Virus record (IMG/VR): IMGVR_UViG_3300020045_009352
Span: 1-39,703 of that record
Source of the DNA: a virus
Lineage: Duplodnaviria > Caudoviricetes
Direction: 5' to 3' (one strand)
Length of the DNA: 39,703 nucleotides
In this document: piece by piece, positions 9,733 to 19,078 of the stretch
Layout of the letters: each line of letters starts with the position of its first letter
Numbering within the stretch: the stretch's first letter is position 1
The notes under the pieces: generated by a model
What the model saw: only the letters and a program-made list of their open reading frames with translations
Databases searched by the model: none
What the model was told of the DNA's origin: nothing
Made by a program: the position numbers and the translations under genes

Positions 9733-10207
9733 TGTTGCCCAATACAGGCAAATATCCAAAACACCACATGATGATAAGCTGAACGAGCAGATACTGGATG
9801 CGCAGATGCTCGACCTGCAGCCGCTGTTAGGCGAACACCTGTACAATAAAATATTGACAGCACCCGCCAATTATGCTGCCTTGCTTGATGGCGGCACTTA
9901 TGATCATGACGGCGTAACCTATACTAATTACGGGCTTAAAATGGTGTTGGTATACTATGCGCATGCCCGTTACATCATGTTCTCATCTGCTATAGATACA
10001 CCTTTTTCGGTAGTTGAAAAACTAAACGATAACAGCAGGCCAGTTGAAGTGTCGACTAAGAAAAGTATTTATAACCTTAACCGTGAAGCGGCTTCGCAAA
10101 TATGGAGCAACGTAAAAAACTACCTAACGAGAACCAATGACCCTGATTTTAACCATTGCCATAGGCCAGCGCGCCCGGGTGGTATGAAATTCACAAAAAT
10201 AGGATAA
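9707..10207 (+). CDS. Head-tail adaptor/connector-like protein
   Basis: Follows the portal; AQMLDLQPLLG..LY motif seen in Bacteroidota phage connectors (DUF6712-like). Confidence 0.6.
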   Translation: MQLLITRSDVAQYRQISKTPHDDKLNEQILDAQMLDLQPLLGEHLYNKILTAPANYAALLDGGTYDHDGVTYTNYGLKMVLVYYAHARYIMFSSAIDTPFSVVEKLNDNSRPVEVSTKKSIYNLNREAASQIWSNVKNYLTRTNDPDFNHCHRPARPGGMKFTKIG

Positions 10208-10209
10208 CC

Positions 10210-13200
10210 ATGTACTATATTATAAACATAAGCGATACGCGCTTTAGCCTTGACGGTATTCAATATCTTAAAAATTACGTATCTACCGTTTACGGCACCC
10301 GTTTAGAGATATTCAACTGCTACGAACGCAGCGATGTGTTGGTAGAGCAGGCTAATTACGATCAGTTTTCTGTTGATGGTATTGTATACACTACAGCTGC
10401 ACAGCTGCAATCTGCTTTAGCATCGGTTATATACTCACGCACAACCCTCGGGGGCGGTGTAACCTTTGACCAGGACAATATTGATATTGTAAAGACCGTT
10501 GCTTTCGCGCTTGCAGATAATGATGCTGCTATTTTAGCTAAAATAAACGCCCTGCCTGCCTATACTATTGGCGAAAAGCAAAGCGTGTGGTTCGATTCTG
10601 CTGTATTAAAGTATAAAATGCTTAATTACGGCAAAGGCACATATGGTGTTGGTGGCACACAGCTTACTTTGGCAGATATCATACTTATTTATAAAGATGT
10701 GCAGGGTCAAATAACAGATGTTGAAGCCGATATTGCAACACTACAAGATGCCCAGGATAATATTGACATCATAAAGCCTGTAGGTAAATTATACCCTGGC
10801 TTTACTATAGCCGATGTACTCGAAAAAATAAACGAGGTAGGCGCTTATACTATAACCGACGTGCAATCTATATGGTTTCGGGCCCAGGTGTATGATGTTA
10901 TTGGCACAGACCCGTTTGGCGAGCCTATTTCCGGCGTGGTGCGCACCCTTGTTTATAAAATGATGCGTAAGGGTAAAGGTGCATACGGTGTAGGGGGCAT
11001 CGAATTAGTAGCGGCCGATATTTTACAGGTTGTAGATACGCCGGTTGTTGCGAGTGATATCCCTGCAACGCAAACTATAAACTTTGGCGCGTTAACAACA
11101 CAAACGGTAAGCGAGTGGCTTAATGCTAAAAACCCTGCTATAGTAGTGCAGGCTGTTACCGATGGGTATGTTTTGTTTAAAGGCACCATTAATGGCGATG
11201 CTGCTTCTTACTTATTTGTGGGTACTGCCGGTACTTATGGCGTGGGCCAGTCGCAAAGCACAATGAGTGATTTTCAGTTACTTGATAACGCTGCAACGCC
11301 GCCGGTGGTTATACCTACAGCGCAACAGGTTTTAGGTGCCGGCAACACTGTAAACGATACTCCTTTGTTTTTAGTAAAAGGAACTGAGAAAATAAAACAT
11401 TCCGGTTTAGGTACTGATTACAAAAACGATGTAAACGGAAAACAGGTAAATATAAGATATGAAGTGCCGCCAGCTGGTGTGCCCAATGTTGTAACACTCA
11501 CGGTTCCTGCAAAGGCTGCTGATGATACTTTTGCTATGAAAAGTGATTTATTGCCAGCCGTGCTAAATGTTACCGATATTGAAAACCTTGAACTTATATC
11601 TGTAGATGTTGGTTGGTATACATCTTCTGACGGAAGAAGATTGCACTACCTTACAGATATATACAGGACTTTTGACCTTACTCCTTGGGTGCCTGATATG
11701 ACCAACGGAAATGATATTCATAAAGTTGGCAACGACTTAATAATCATAGCTAATAGTACGGGGTCAACTACAGAAGCTACACCAATAAAACTTATAGTTT
11801 TAAAAGATTGTAGATTAGTAGATAAAATCCTTGTGCTGGGTTCTGTAACTGTTTGTAACGACTTAATAGTTAAGTCAAGGACACATGGGTCAGATTTTCA
11901 TAATGGGTATTTATATATAAGCACAAGACCCCCAAATGCTACTATACCTACACAGGTAATGAGAATCAACCCGTATGATTTTTCAGATAGGAAATATTAT
12001 GAGTTTCCTACATCTTTTGCTGCAAGACCTACTGATATTATCTCTTATAAAGATGGTATATACGCTTTGATGTGTAACTTCACAACAAACAGTAGTGTTC
12101 TAACTCATAAGTTCGTGAAGCTTGATGAAAATCTAAATAGCTACACGGTTGTTTTTGAGTTTCCAGGAAACGCACAAAGTAATTTACAAAAAGTTTATAG
12201 TGCTTACCCATTTGTCATTTATAATGATGAGATATATTTTCTTGCGAATAATGGGGGAGATTTCGGCACTGTTAGTATGTATGTATATAATTTTAAAGGA
12301 GAAATTGTAAGATCTAATAACTCTATAAATATAAATCCTTCAAGTGCAACATTAACAGTAAACTATGTTCCACACTGGATTAGTGTATTTGGAGGTAAAT
12401 TAATTATAACGCCTACAGGCACCAGTAGTCAGCAATGGAAAGTACTAAGAATAGATACATCAACACTATTGCTTGAAGATTTAAAAGTTTTACCAGTTAA
12501 CCCAACGGATGATAACACTATAACAAAAGACGGCACTATATACATGAACGGTGAGGGTGAACCTTCTGTCTCATATCTAATGAAAATGAAATATAATGAT
12601 TTTTCTACTTATTCAGTAGAACTATCAAACTATTGTTCAACAGGAAGTTTGAATAGCGCCCATTTTATACAAAAAGAAGCTAAGCGAACCAAATGGTCAG
12701 ACTTTATAAACGACGTTTTGCCAAACGTCAACAACACGTCCGATATAGCCAAACCTGTGAGCACAGCCCAAGCCGCGGCAATTGCGCTAAAATTAAATTT
12801 ATCAGGCGGCGCGCTTACTGGCCCTTTAACAACTTTAGGGGTTGTGCCCACCACTAATTTGGGGAGTGATTTAGGAGGCGCGGCATTACTTTACAACAAC
12901 GCTTTTGTAGGCACAATAAGAAGTTCCGTTTACCGTGCTATATCTTCTTCAAATGGCATTTTATTTAGTTCCACCGGCAATACTACGCTCTTAAAGATAT
13001 TTGATGCTACCGGTAATTTAATTGTACAGACAGGTGGCACGCCTGCTGATGACGGCATAAATAAGCTTCAGGTTACCGGAGGTATAAAACTTACAGGCCT
13101 GCTTGGTTTGGGTCAATTTACCACAGGTACAGAGCCTGCGTGGGTAAAAGGTTCTCAATACTTTAATACAACACTTAACAAGGCGCGTGTAGGCGGCGCA

Positions 13201-13230
13201 ACGGCGTGGGAAACAATAACATCAGTTTAA
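10210..13230 (+). CDS. Tail fibre/receptor-binding protein (1006 aa)
   Basis: Duplicated N-terminal module, beta-rich middle, NVNNTSD..KPVSTAQ and LSGG.LTG.L fibre motifs; lies just before the lysis genes. Confidence 0.75.
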   Translation: MYYIINISDTRFSLDGIQYLKNYVSTVYGTRLEIFNCYERSDVLVEQANYDQFSVDGIVYTTAAQLQSALASVIYSRTTLGGGVTFDQDNIDIVKTVAFALADNDAAILAKINALPAYTIGEKQSVWFDSAVLKYKMLNYGKGTYGVGGTQLTLADIILIYKDVQGQITDVEADIATLQDAQDNIDIIKPVGKLYPGFTIADVLEKINEVGAYTITDVQSIWFRAQVYDVIGTDPFGEPISGVVRTLVYKMMRKGKGAYGVGGIELVAADILQVVDTPVVASDIPATQTINFGALTTQTVSEWLNAKNPAIVVQAVTDGYVLFKGTINGDAASYLFVGTAGTYGVGQSQSTMSDFQLLDNAATPPVVIPTAQQVLGAGNTVNDTPLFLVKGTEKIKHSGLGTDYKNDVNGKQVNIRYEVPPAGVPNVVTLTVPAKAADDTFAMKSDLLPAVLNVTDIENLELISVDVGWYTSSDGRRLHYLTDIYRTFDLTPWVPDMTNGNDIHKVGNDLIIIANSTGSTTEATPIKLIVLKDCRLVDKILVLGSVTVCNDLIVKSRTHGSDFHNGYLYISTRPPNATIPTQVMRINPYDFSDRKYYEFPTSFAARPTDIISYKDGIYALMCNFTTNSSVLTHKFVKLDENLNSYTVVFEFPGNAQSNLQKVYSAYPFVIYNDEIYFLANNGGDFGTVSMYVYNFKGEIVRSNNSININPSSATLTVNYVPHWISVFGGKLIITPTGTSSQQWKVLRIDTSTLLLEDLKVLPVNPTDDNTITKDGTIYMNGEGEPSVSYLMKMKYNDFSTYSVELSNYCSTGSLNSAHFIQKEAKRTKWSDFINDVLPNVNNTSDIAKPVSTAQAAAIALKLNLSGGALTGPLTTLGVVPTTNLGSDLGGAALLYNNAFVGTIRSSVYRAISSSNGILFSSTGNTTLLKIFDATGNLIVQTGGTPADDGINKLQVTGGIKLTGLLGLGQFTTGTEPAWVKGSQYFNTTLNKARVGGATAWETITSV

Positions 13231-13244
13231 TAATAAAAAATATA

Positions 13245-13679
13245 ATGGCAAATTCAAATTTTACAGAGGACAGTAAACCTTATGAACTTTTATTCAGGTG
13301 GGGAGCCAATGGAGCAATCCAGGGTGCGCACATAGGTTTTTTAGATATTATTCTAAAAGATGGGCAAATTATCAGCCAAACACCAAGGGCGGTTGAAAGC
13401 GTGGCTATAGCAGAGCAGGCGGGCTTCCCGTTAAACGATGCTTTAGACCTGGTACATATAGGGTTGGTAAAGCAAGCCGAAGCTTTAGCAGTGCAGGCCG
13501 CGCAGTTAACAGCGGATAAAGAGGTTTTGGTTAATCACGTTAATGAGCTTACTGCTTTATATAATACTTTGGTGGTAAATACAAATGAAGTCTTTGCGGC
13601 CAATGCTGCCCAGGCTACAGAGATTACCGGGCTTAACGAAGAGATTGCACGGCTAACAGCATTAATACCCCGGGAATAA
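13245..13679 (+). CDS. Fibre-associated/hypothetical protein with C-terminal coiled coil
   Basis: ATG 13245 after an A-rich leader; heptad C-terminus. Confidence 0.55.
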   Translation: MANSNFTEDSKPYELLFRWGANGAIQGAHIGFLDIILKDGQIISQTPRAVESVAIAEQAGFPLNDALDLVHIGLVKQAEALAVQAAQLTADKEVLVNHVNELTALYNTLVVNTNEVFAANAAQATEITGLNEEIARLTALIPRE

Positions 13680-14218
13680 TGAAAATAGCGATACTAAAAT
13701 ACTATTATTCTATAATACTTCTGGCGGCAAAAAATGCCCATGGCCCCACGTTTACCGATAAAATGTACTACCTGGCAAAGATTATTGTAACGTTTGGCCC
13801 TATTGCGGCCGCGCTCGATAAAATGGGTTTTTGGTTTACCAATAACGAATTGTTTTTCCGGGGTATGATATTCGCAATTGCGGCAAATATGTACTTCGGG
13901 TGGCGGTTGCATAAAAAAGCGGGCGATTTTAAGTGGCGTGAGTTTTTTATTCGAAATATCGAAATGTGGGGTATTATTATATGTGTGTACCCATTGCTTG
14001 AGATAATTTCGGCGCTGGCAGGTAGTAATGTTATTGGCGAAACCTTTAAGATTGTGGTGCAAATGAGTACAATATTATACCCCGGCAGCAAGGCCTTGAA
14101 AAATGCCCACCTGCTAAGTGAAAAGCGGTACCCGCCCGCCTTCCTTATGAACCGCTTTTTTACCTTCGAAAAAACGGGTGATATTAACGAATTGTTTAAA
14201 ACAGAAAAAACAGAATAA
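13679..14218 (+). CDS. Holin-like membrane protein
   Basis: Several hydrophobic helices and a charged C-terminus; coupled to the endolysin gene. Confidence 0.7.
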   Translation: MKIAILKYYYSIILLAAKNAHGPTFTDKMYYLAKIIVTFGPIAAALDKMGFWFTNNELFFRGMIFAIAANMYFGWRLHKKAGDFKWREFFIRNIEMWGIIICVYPLLEIISALAGSNVIGETFKIVVQMSTILYPGSKALKNAHLLSEKRYPPAFLMNRFFTFEKTGDINELFKTEKTE

Positions 14219-14766
14219 TGAAAATAACATCAAAATACGATTGGCTGGGCCGTATAGATGGCCTGCCAAAAATGGTAATAGAGGCGATTGCGCTTGGAAA
14301 ACTGGATACTACCGAAGTACCCGGCGCAAAAAGCAACCCCGAAATTATGGCCCTGGCTAAAGAAGCCGGTGTGGCCGATATTTATACCAGCGATGAAATT
14401 GCCTGGTGTGCCGTTGCGCATACCGCAATTGCGCTGCGTGCCGGTAAAAACGTACCGTTTACGGGCGTTGCCAGGTTGCGGGCGGCATCGTTTGGTAAGT
14501 TCGGTAAAGAAACGGGTGTGCCGATGCTGGGCGATACACTGGTATTCCATCGCGACGGTGGGTACCACGTGGGGCTTTACATTGCCGAAGATAAGGAATG
14601 TTACCACGTGGCCGGTGGTAATCAGGGTAATCAGTACAGTATTACGCGGGTTAAAAAAATACGCCTTATGGCAGCGCGCCGCCCTGAGTATAGTGCGGGT
14701 GTCCCGGCGAGTGTAAAACGCATTTATGTGAGCGCTGAAGGTGTGGTAAGCGAAAACGAAGCATAA
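14218..14766 (+). CDS. Endolysin, TIGR02594-family (NlpC/P60/CHAP-like peptidase)
   Basis: DEIAWCA (Cys), GYHVGLY (His) and GGNQGN motifs. Confidence 0.85.
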   Translation: MKITSKYDWLGRIDGLPKMVIEAIALGKLDTTEVPGAKSNPEIMALAKEAGVADIYTSDEIAWCAVAHTAIALRAGKNVPFTGVARLRAASFGKFGKETGVPMLGDTLVFHRDGGYHVGLYIAEDKECYHVAGGNQGNQYSITRVKKIRLMAARRPEYSAGVPASVKRIYVSAEGVVSENEA

Positions 14767-15398
14767 TGAAAAAATACATTCAACCCGTAGTAATAGCGGT
14801 CCTGGCGATCGCTTTGCTTTTCAGCCTGCAGCAATGTTCCGGATACAAAAAGCGTGGCGAAGCAAATGCGGCTGCGCTCAGCGATTCTATAAAATATTTC
14901 CGGAATGAGTTTGGCCAGATCACGGCCAGCATCAACACGCTCGAGCTCGATAAAAAACAAGCGCAGGATCTGCTCTATAAAAAAGATGCGCAGCTGGCGG
15001 TAATGGCAAAAGAATTTGCAAAAGTACACAGCTTTACAAAATATAGTACCGTTACAAAGTACGATACTATTAACGTGACCTACCGTGATACCGTGCCATG
15101 TGTTTTTGAGCGCTCAGGCGTGGTTAAAAATGATTGGTATAGCTTTGGTTACCGGGCTACGCAAAAAGGCTTTGCTGTCGATAGCCTGGCTATACCAAAT
15201 ACCGCTACAGTAATGACCGGTATAAAGCGTAAATGGTTTTTAGGTAAAGAAACCTTAACGACCGATATTGTGAATACAAACCCTCATATTACGGTTACCG
15301 GGATAACCGCTGCTGAAATCACATTGCCTGAACCATGGTATAAAAAGTGGTATGTTTGGTTGGGTGTAGGATTGGCGGGCGGGTTGCTTGCAAAGTAA
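14766..15398 (+). CDS. Spanin-like protein (possibly unimolecular)
   Basis: Hydrophobic N-terminus ending at Cys20, coiled coil, and C-terminal TM WYKKWYVWLGVGLAGGLL; last gene of the lysis cassette. Confidence 0.65.
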   Translation: MKKYIQPVVIAVLAIALLFSLQQCSGYKKRGEANAAALSDSIKYFRNEFGQITASINTLELDKKQAQDLLYKKDAQLAVMAKEFAKVHSFTKYSTVTKYDTINVTYRDTVPCVFERSGVVKNDWYSFGYRATQKGFAVDSLAIPNTATVMTGIKRKWFLGKETLTTDIVNTNPHITVTGITAAEITLPEPWYKKWYVWLGVGLAGGLLAK

Positions 15399-15429
15399 AA
15401 ATGAGAGCTTAACGGCTCTCATTTTTTTT
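15397..15429. terminator. Bidirectional terminator between lysis cassette and integrase
   Basis: AAAAATGAGAGC-TTAACG-GCTCTCATTTTTTTT. Confidence 0.9.
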
Positions 15430-16627
15430 AACACACGGGGGATAGCGCCATGAGCTGCTGCCTGTATATCTTTTTAACTGCCTTAGCATACACCTCTGTA
15501 GTTACTTTTGAGGTATGGCCATACAGCATACTCAATGCCGAAAGCTCCACCCCAGCCAGTATCTTCATATCGGCTCCAAAGTGCTTGTAAGCATAAAGAT
15601 TTACATTGATACCTAAATCTATCTTCACAAGCTTCTCCCATCGCTTGGTAGCTGTATCCCGGCTTAATCGTGTAGGTCCTGGTATAAAGTCTTTATTTGG
15701 CCCTACATTGCCCCGGGCTTGCTGCCTGAAGCTGCCAAACAAATAATAATTTACAGGGTTGTCTATTCGCTTTGAGATACATTCCCAAAGGTGGTCATTG
15801 ATAGGAACGATCCTTTCTTTACTGGTTTTGGTTATTTCGGGCGGTAAATGTATATTTCGCTCGGTAATAATTTCAGCAACCCCGTTATTAATTACAGCGT
15901 GTTGTGTTTGGGTAATCATACCCACTTTTAATTGGGTAATCTCAACCGGCCTTATCCCTGTGTGAAACAACACCAGAATAAAATCCCAAAAATCAGGATA
16001 ATTTATTTCAAGCCTTGTTTTAATCCGTTCGTGCTGCTCAGGGGTAGGGGGTACATTGTAATTAGATTCCATAACCTTAAGCGGCTTTATATTGTGCGCC
16101 GGGTTAACAGGGATAATATCCCATTGTATCAGTTCGCTTAAAACCGCCTGAATCGAATGCAGGTGTTTGTTAAAGCCGGTGTTTGCCCATTTCTTTTTTA
16201 CCTTAAGATGCTCTAAAATTGTTTTGATGTGTACGCGCTTGGTATCTACAATAGGCAGGTAGGATAAATTAAGGTCTTTTACCGCCTCTTTGCAGTAGCG
16301 AACGGTTACCATATACCCTGAATAGGTTTTAGGGGCTATGTTGGGCCGCTTTTTATCCATAGCGAACTCTAATGCCTGGTAAAAGGTCATATCGAGCCCT
16401 TCAATGTCAGCAAGCCCGGGAACTAATGGGTTCCAATTATCTTTGAGCATTTGATGCAATGCTTTAGCTAAAGCGATGCCGTGGCGCTCACGTTCTTTGC
16501 TGGAACGGATACGGTTCATGCCGTCGGTTTTCTTAATAACTTTGCCGTTGTACCTGAAATAAACGTACCACGTCTTTTTTAAGTCATCAAATTTAATGAG
16601 TTTCGGGATAGAATAATCAACCTTCAT
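15428..16627 (-). CDS. int: Tyrosine recombinase/integrase
   Basis: HTGIRPVE (Arg), TKT (Lys), YAYKH, LYGH and VYAK (Tyr); N-terminal WYVYF arm-binding-like domain. Confidence 0.92.
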   Translation of the reverse strand: MKVDYSIPKLIKFDDLKKTWYVYFRYNGKVIKKTDGMNRIRSSKERERHGIALAKALHQMLKDNWNPLVPGLADIEGLDMTFYQALEFAMDKKRPNIAPKTYSGYMVTVRYCKEAVKDLNLSYLPIVDTKRVHIKTILEHLKVKKKWANTGFNKHLHSIQAVLSELIQWDIIPVNPAHNIKPLKVMESNYNVPPTPEQHERIKTRLEINYPDFWDFILVLFHTGIRPVEITQLKVGMITQTQHAVINNGVAEIITERNIHLPPEITKTSKERIVPINDHLWECISKRIDNPVNYYLFGSFRQQARGNVGPNKDFIPGPTRLSRDTATKRWEKLVKIDLGINVNLYAYKHFGADMKILAGVELSALSMLYGHTSKVTTEVYAKAVKKIYRQQLMALSPVC

Positions 16628-16680
16628 CAGAATTGAATTTATGCTTGAGGGAGCTTATAAATCCAGTTTTTAAGAAGTGA

Positions 16681-16860
16681 AGTTGTAACAAGTTGTAACA
16701 ACTTTGAAAAATCCTCTACACAAAACCCCTGTGTTTGCAGGGGTTTTAGAGAGTTTGCGGAGGAAGAGGGAGACCCTAATCTCTTTTTCAAATTCTTAAA
16801 ACACTGAAAATCAATATAAACTTTTGAAGCAGGTTAGTAAATAATTATCGTTTGTAACAA
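16681..16860. other. attP region: 15-bp core (16757-16771) flanked by TTGTAACAA arm-type repeats
   Basis: Minus-strand core T-CCCTC-TTCCTCC-G-C parses as the T-stem, acceptor stem and discriminator of a tRNA (Ser-like). TTGTAACAA occurs at 16683, 16693 and 16852. Confidence 0.75.
16722..16747 (-). terminator. Terminator just downstream of the tRNA-like att core
   Basis: AAAACCCCTG-TGTTTG-CAGGGGTTTT. Confidence 0.8.
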
Positions 16861-16882
16861 GATATGTGCTTTGTTTTATTGC

Positions 16883-17476
16883 TTACAATGTGAACCTGTA
16901 ACCAAGTCCCATTTGGTAGAATCTATTTTTGATGGCTGTTTTGGCTTCTGATTTTCCCACATCATTTAAATTAGCCAGCCCTATTAAATACCTGGTTTCA
17001 AAAAACAGGCCTTTATAAATATTCACTTCTATACCTATGGCAACACCGTAATCAAATGACTTCACGCTGCTTTTATAATCATATTCTTTATTGTCGTATT
17101 CATACTTAGCGCTCGATATACGCCCGGCATAGCCACCGGCTTTTAGCGTTACATACTCGGTAGCGTAATATTTACCAAATAGAACTAAGTTAACAGTGTT
17201 CTTAAAATTAAGCTGGGCCTGTTTATTAAAGCCGGTTGCTGTTATGTCATTTTCAGAACCGCCATTTGTTAAGTGTAATTCGCCTTCAGCTCCAAAGCTC
17301 CCCATCTTATATTCAAGCCCTACACCTGCGTAGTAAGAAGTTTTGCCTGATGGCTCATATAATTTTGAGCTACCAAAGTGATTGTCATTAAACGATAATC
17401 CACCTTTAGCTGTTAGGTATTTTTGGGCGTGGGAGTTTAAAGTGATTAATAAAAGTAATATGGTAATTTTTTTCAT
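16883..17476 (-). CDS. Outer-membrane beta-barrel protein (porin-family/OMP_b-brl-like)
   Basis: Signal peptide ending HA|Q, alternating amphipathic strands, FDYGVAIG and ETRYLIGL motifs, C-terminal LGYRF beta-signal. Confidence 0.85.
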   Translation of the reverse strand: MKKITILLLLITLNSHAQKYLTAKGGLSFNDNHFGSSKLYEPSGKTSYYAGVGLEYKMGSFGAEGELHLTNGGSENDITATGFNKQAQLNFKNTVNLVLFGKYYATEYVTLKAGGYAGRISSAKYEYDNKEYDYKSSVKSFDYGVAIGIEVNIYKGLFFETRYLIGLANLNDVGKSEAKTAIKNRFYQMGLGYRFTL

Positions 17477-17483
17477 GTATGAT

Positions 17484-18263
17484 TTAATAGATTAGTTTTT
17501 TGCTTAATTGTTTGTTAACGTCTACAACGTAAAACAAAGCCTGCACATCATTCAAAGATAAATCGAAGTCTGAATAATCCGGGCCGTCATTTAACGAATG
17601 GCATCTAATTACTCCCGTTTCTACATCATGATTAATAATTTCTTTTAAAAGAGGGTACTTGCTTTGGGTGGTATAGATAACCCAGTATTGAAAATCTTTA
17701 AACCTGATTTTATCAGTCCAAAGGTGGCGCTGCAGCTCTCTCGTAGAAACAATACTATTTTGTTGTATAGCATTACTGGTGCCATCATCCATGCTATCCC
17801 CTTTAACCCTGAAAGCTATATAGCGCCCTTTAGCTGGCTTATCAACTATAATACTATGTTGATTTAATCCTTTTAATTTTTCAATATCCTGGTAGATGTC
17901 TAAAAAACCAGCCTGGATGTTGTATTCTGCGAGTGGCATTGTCATTAAGTATTGGCCGTTTTCAAGTTTAATAAAGCTGTTTGAGTTGTTATTCTCTAAG
18001 TAAATAACTTCAAAAGGATCTATTACAGTTACATCTTTTCCTCTAACATTAGATATTGCTTCGCCAATACCATCTTTTAGCCATTCAAAATTTATATCTA
18101 ATATTTCTGCAACCTTCTCTAATTTAATTAGATCAGGAGTTCCTTTATTGATAATATAATTCTTAATTGTTGATGGATGCACACCTGTTTGCACAGCTAA
18201 CTTGTTGGAACTAAACCTTTTTTCTAACATAGCTTTCGCTAATCTTTCCCCAATAGTATTCAT
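17484..18263 (-). CDS. CI/LexA-like repressor (HTH + S24 peptidase)
   Basis: N-terminal XRE HTH, QAG putative cleavage site, RVKGDSM (Ser) and LLKEI (Lys). Confidence 0.9.
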   Translation of the reverse strand: MNTIGERLAKAMLEKRFSSNKLAVQTGVHPSTIKNYIINKGTPDLIKLEKVAEILDINFEWLKDGIGEAISNVRGKDVTVIDPFEVIYLENNNSNSFIKLENGQYLMTMPLAEYNIQAGFLDIYQDIEKLKGLNQHSIIVDKPAKGRYIAFRVKGDSMDDGTSNAIQQNSIVSTRELQRHLWTDKIRFKDFQYWVIYTTQSKYPLLKEIINHDVETGVIRCHSLNDGPDYSDFDLSLNDVQALFYVVDVNKQLSKKLIY

Positions 18264-18282
18264 TGTTTAGAATAGTTATAAA

Positions 18283-18362
18283 TTAGATAAAAATATCTAA
18301 CGATATTTTGTAGTATCTAATATTAGATATATATTTGTAAACGAATTACAACAGCAAATATA
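18283..18362. promoter_or_regulatory. Immunity region: operators and face-to-face promoters
   Basis: TTAGATA-N4-TATCTAA (18283-18300) with related sites at 18303 and 18323. Rightward TTTG(18307)-N19-TATATTTG(18330); leftward CAAATATA (18355-18362). Confidence 0.75.
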
Positions 18363-18370
18363 TACAAAAC

Positions 18371-18688
18371 ATGAACACTACATCACAACAATCTGTTAAC
18401 GCCTCAAAAATACCCACAGTTAGGGATGTAAATGTAACCGAAATCAAAAATCAGGTGTATGCTTTACTGGTTGCTAAAAGCTATAAGCAAATCAGGAGTA
18501 TGGCAGAAGTGCAAGCTGATATTGTTGCAATGAAAGGTTTTGAAGATGAGGTGTACAGCTTTCTTGAAGTTGCAGAAGTTGTGCCGCTTGAAGTTGATGA
18601 GTTGCTTGAAACGATACAGGAAGCAATTACAGACTTAAGGTTTGAGAAAAGAGAGATAGAGTTTTGGATTAGAAAACAATCAGCATAA
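18371..18688 (+). CDS. Early hypothetical protein
   Basis: First ORF after the rightward promoter; A-rich leader. Confidence 0.7.
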   Translation: MNTTSQQSVNASKIPTVRDVNVTEIKNQVYALLVAKSYKQIRSMAEVQADIVAMKGFEDEVYSFLEVAEVVPLEVDELLETIQEAITDLRFEKREIEFWIRKQSA

Positions 18689-18702
18689 TTATAACCACCA
18701 CC

Positions 18703-19062
18703 ATGAATAAACAACAATTTATCGCCGAATACCTGACCAACGTAAAACTTAAAATACATAACAGGGCTGAATGCTACATGTTTCAAAGAGTGGCTTTCGA
18801 TATGGGCATAAAGCTTCATACGGGCGATATAAATACTTATATAGCCTATAACATTACTGATACACAGCCTCAGTGCAAAGGAAAAAGCTATGCTGTTGAT
18901 ATGACCAACTTAACAATAAACAATAAAAGAGGTATTCAAATGACTTCGTTTTTTAATCTTGAAAAGGATCTTAAAGAAATAACTTTTGATGAATTTATTA
19001 CTGAGTATCATAAAATGCTTAACCACGAAGAACTGAAAGAAACAACGACTCCTTTTGATTAA
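18703..19062 (+). CDS. Early hypothetical protein
   Basis: ORF in operon context. Confidence 0.7.
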   Translation: MNKQQFIAEYLTNVKLKIHNRAECYMFQRVAFDMGIKLHTGDINTYIAYNITDTQPQCKGKSYAVDMTNLTINNKRGIQMTSFFNLEKDLKEITFDEFITEYHKMLNHEELKETTTPFD

Positions 19063-19078
19063 TCCATAACCCACCACC

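Noticed and set aside
14288-14716. +1-frame 142-aa ORF in the endolysin as an embedded lysis gene
   Set aside because: No signal peptide, lipobox or family motif; non-ATG start; the locally GC-richer sequence explains the open frame.
16757-16771. tRNA gene
   Set aside because: Only the last 15 nt are present, with no D or anticodon arm; treated as the att core.
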